64,000 nt of DNA from the human T2T-CHM13v2.0 reference genome, Homo sapiens, in the NCBI RefSeq assembly GCF_009914755.1, contig NC_060931.1, one strand, 5' to 3'. Both the position numbers and the translations under genes were made by a program. The notes beneath the pieces are model-generated. The model was not told the origin of the DNA, ran no database searches, and worked only from the letters and a program-made list of their open reading frames with translations. Shown piece by piece: positions 61,222 through 64,000 of this stretch (positions are counted from its first letter, which is position 1; each line of letters opens with the position of its first letter).

Positions 61222-62424
61222 TCTGGGGCTTTTTTTAATTGGCCAATTTTTTGTTACTGATTCAATTTTGGAACTTGATATTGGTCTGTTCAGGGTTTCA
61301 ATTTCTTCCTGTTTTCAATTTCGGGAGGTTGTGTGTTTCCAGGAATTTATATACTTCCTACAGATTTTCTAGTTTGTGTGCATATAGGTGTTCATATTTG
61401 TCTCTGAGGATGCTTTATGTTTCTGTGGGATGTGTTGTAATGGCACTTTTGTTGTTTCCGATTGTGCTTATTTGGATCTTCTCTCTTTTTTTCTTTGTTA
61501 ATTTAGCTAACAGTGTATTGCTCTTGTTCATCCTTTTAAAGAACCAACTTTTGGTTTTGTGAATTCTTTGGATTTGGGGGTTTCAATTGCTTTCACTTTC
61601 ACGCTGATTTTAGTTATTTCTTTTCTTTTGCTAGCTTTGGGGTTCGTTTGTTCTTATTTTTCTAGTTCCTGTAGGTGTGATGTTATATCATTAATTTGAA
61701 ATTATTTTTTACTTTCTGAGGTAGGCATTTAGTGCTATAAACTTTCCTCTTAACACTGCTTTTGATACATCCCAGAGATTTTGGTATGTTGTATCTGGTT
61801 TTCATTTATTTCAAATAATATTTTGATTTCTGCCTTAATTTCATTCTTTTCCCAAAAATCATTCAGGAGCAAATTGTTTAATTTCCAGGTAATTTTGTCA
61901 TTTTGGGAGATCTTCTTGGTACTGATTTCTATTTGTATTCCACTACGGTCTGAGAGTATGTTCATATGATTTCAGCTTTTTTGAATTTATTAAGACTTTT
62001 TTGTGGTCTGTCTTTGAGCATGTTCGGGGTGTAGATGAGGAGAATGTGTAGGCTGCGATTGATGGGTTGAGCGCTCTGTAGATGTTTGTTAGGTCCAATT
62101 GGTCAAGTATCCAACTTAAGTTTAAAGTTTCTTGGTTAGTTTTCTAACCTAACCTCAATGATCTGTCTAATACTGTCAATGGGATGTTAAAGTCTCCCAC
62201 TATTACTGAGTAGCTATCTAAGTATTTTCCTAAGTCTAGAAGTAGTTGTTTTATGAATCTGGGTGCTCCAATGTTGGGTGCTTATATATTTAGGATAGTG
62301 AAGTCTTCTTGCTGAATTGAACCCTTCATCATTATGTAATGCCCTTCTTTTTCCTTTTTTCCTGTTGTTCATTTAAAGTCTGTTTTATCTGATACAAGAA
62401 TAGTGACCCCTGCTTTTTTTTGTT

Positions 62425-62502
62425 TTCCATTTGCATGACAGATCTTTTCCCAACCCCCAAAATAAAGGGTTGGGAAAAGATCTGTCTGTCGTGCAAATGG
62501 AA
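62425..62502. repeat. Inverted repeat/hairpin (20-bp perfect stem, ~32 bp with one bulge, 10-nt loop)
   Basis: gacagatcttttcccaaccc (62437-62456) / gggttgggaaaagatctgtc (62467-62486). Confidence 0.95.
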
Positions 62503-63522
62503 GGACTATGGATATCCTTAGAGGTGAGATGGGTCTCTTGAAGAGAGGGGATGGATGGTTTTTCTTTTCTAATTCAACCTTGCAACTCTGTGCCTTTTAA
62601 GTGGGGTGCATAAACTGTTTACATTCAGGGTTAATATTGATATGTGAGGTTTTGATCCTATAATGAAGTTTGTTGGTTGGTTGCTTTGTAGTTGCTATTG
62701 TGTGGTTGCTTTATAGGGTCTGAGGGCTATGTATGTAAGTGTGTTTTTGTGGTAGCAGGTATCTTTCTTTTTGTTTCCAAGTTTAGAACCTGCTGAAGGG
62801 TCTCTTGTAAGACTTGGTGTAATAGTAACTAATTCCCTTGCACTTGCTTTTCTGAAAAAGATTTTATTTCTTCTTCACTTATGAAGCTTAGTTTGGCAGG
62901 ATATGAAATTCTTGTTTGGAATTTCTTTTCTTTAAGAATGCTGAAAATAGGCACCTAATCTCTCTTGTCTTGTAAGATTTCTGCTGAGAAGTTTGCTGTT
63001 AGCCTGATGAGGTTCTCTTTGCATGTGATCAGATAGTCACTGCTTAATCCCAGTATTTCTGGTAAAGAAAGGAATGGTGAACTCTGAAAAGAGTGAAGGG
63101 TTGTCAGAAATATTATGGATAAAGGATATATAATCTGTCAAAGGTTTTGACTAATTAAATATGGACTTCCTATATGTGATTGAAAGTGAGAAGGAAAAAT
63201 AAAGTCAAAGCAATTCTCAGGTTTCTAATAAAAAATGATAGTGTTAGTCACTGAAACTGGAAACCTAAAAGAAGAAGTAAGCATTTAGAAATGTGGAATT
63301 ACATTTCATGATAGATGTCTGGAATGAAGAAATATCTGAATGTTATAAGAATATGAGGAATAAGATAATTAGAGGATTTGGGTAAGTCTACCTAGGAGAC
63401 AACTTGGAATGAAGAAGAAGGTAGCGGATAGAGCATTACTGTCTGGCATCAACTAAGGGTTTATTTTAACAATCAAGAGCATCCAAGTAGACTATAAAGG
63501 CTCAGTTTAAAACACAACTCAA

Positions 63523-63826
<304 letters not shown>

Positions 63827-64000
63827 TCAAAGTGTAAGCACCCAAAGGGAAGGTACTTGTATTGCTTGCCATTGTATATATCCATAGCACCTATTACTCT
63901 ACTTGGAACACAGTACATGGCCATTTGTTAAATAAATGAACAAACAAACCAAGATAGTGATGTTATGAAAACCAAATGCAAAGGGAGTTTCAAGAAGAAG

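Overview
Primate (apparently human) genomic DNA, AT-rich and repeat-dense. The only host-gene coding sequence I can support is the terminal exon of IMMP2L on the minus strand (CDS 10041-9922, [39 protein letters not shown], recognised from memory of the protein). It is followed by a 3'UTR with several AATAAA signals; everything from 10042 onward is then part of the large last intron. The standout element is a young, full-length L1HS-type LINE-1 (53323-59353, minus strand, sense to IMMP2L). It has intact ORF1p (338 aa), ORF2p (1275 aa) and ORF0 (71 aa) and a 15-bp TSD. It also carries an atypical TCG/G subfamily signature, a ~12-nt 5' truncation up to the YY1 motif and 22 nt of non-L1 sequence at its 5' junction, and it is nested inside a much older L1. 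A decayed full-length L1PA5-like element lies just downstream of the gene in the same orientation. Also present are a complete THE1D-like MaLR element, many Alus, MLT/MER/MIR/L2/L3 relics, a small L1-mobilised polyadenylated LTR fragment and two fold-back micro-inversions. Repeat subfamily calls are by eye against remembered consensus sequences. I found no evidence of a wholly new gene system; the interesting signals are retrotransposon biology and a possible frame-shifting alternative acceptor in IMMP2L.
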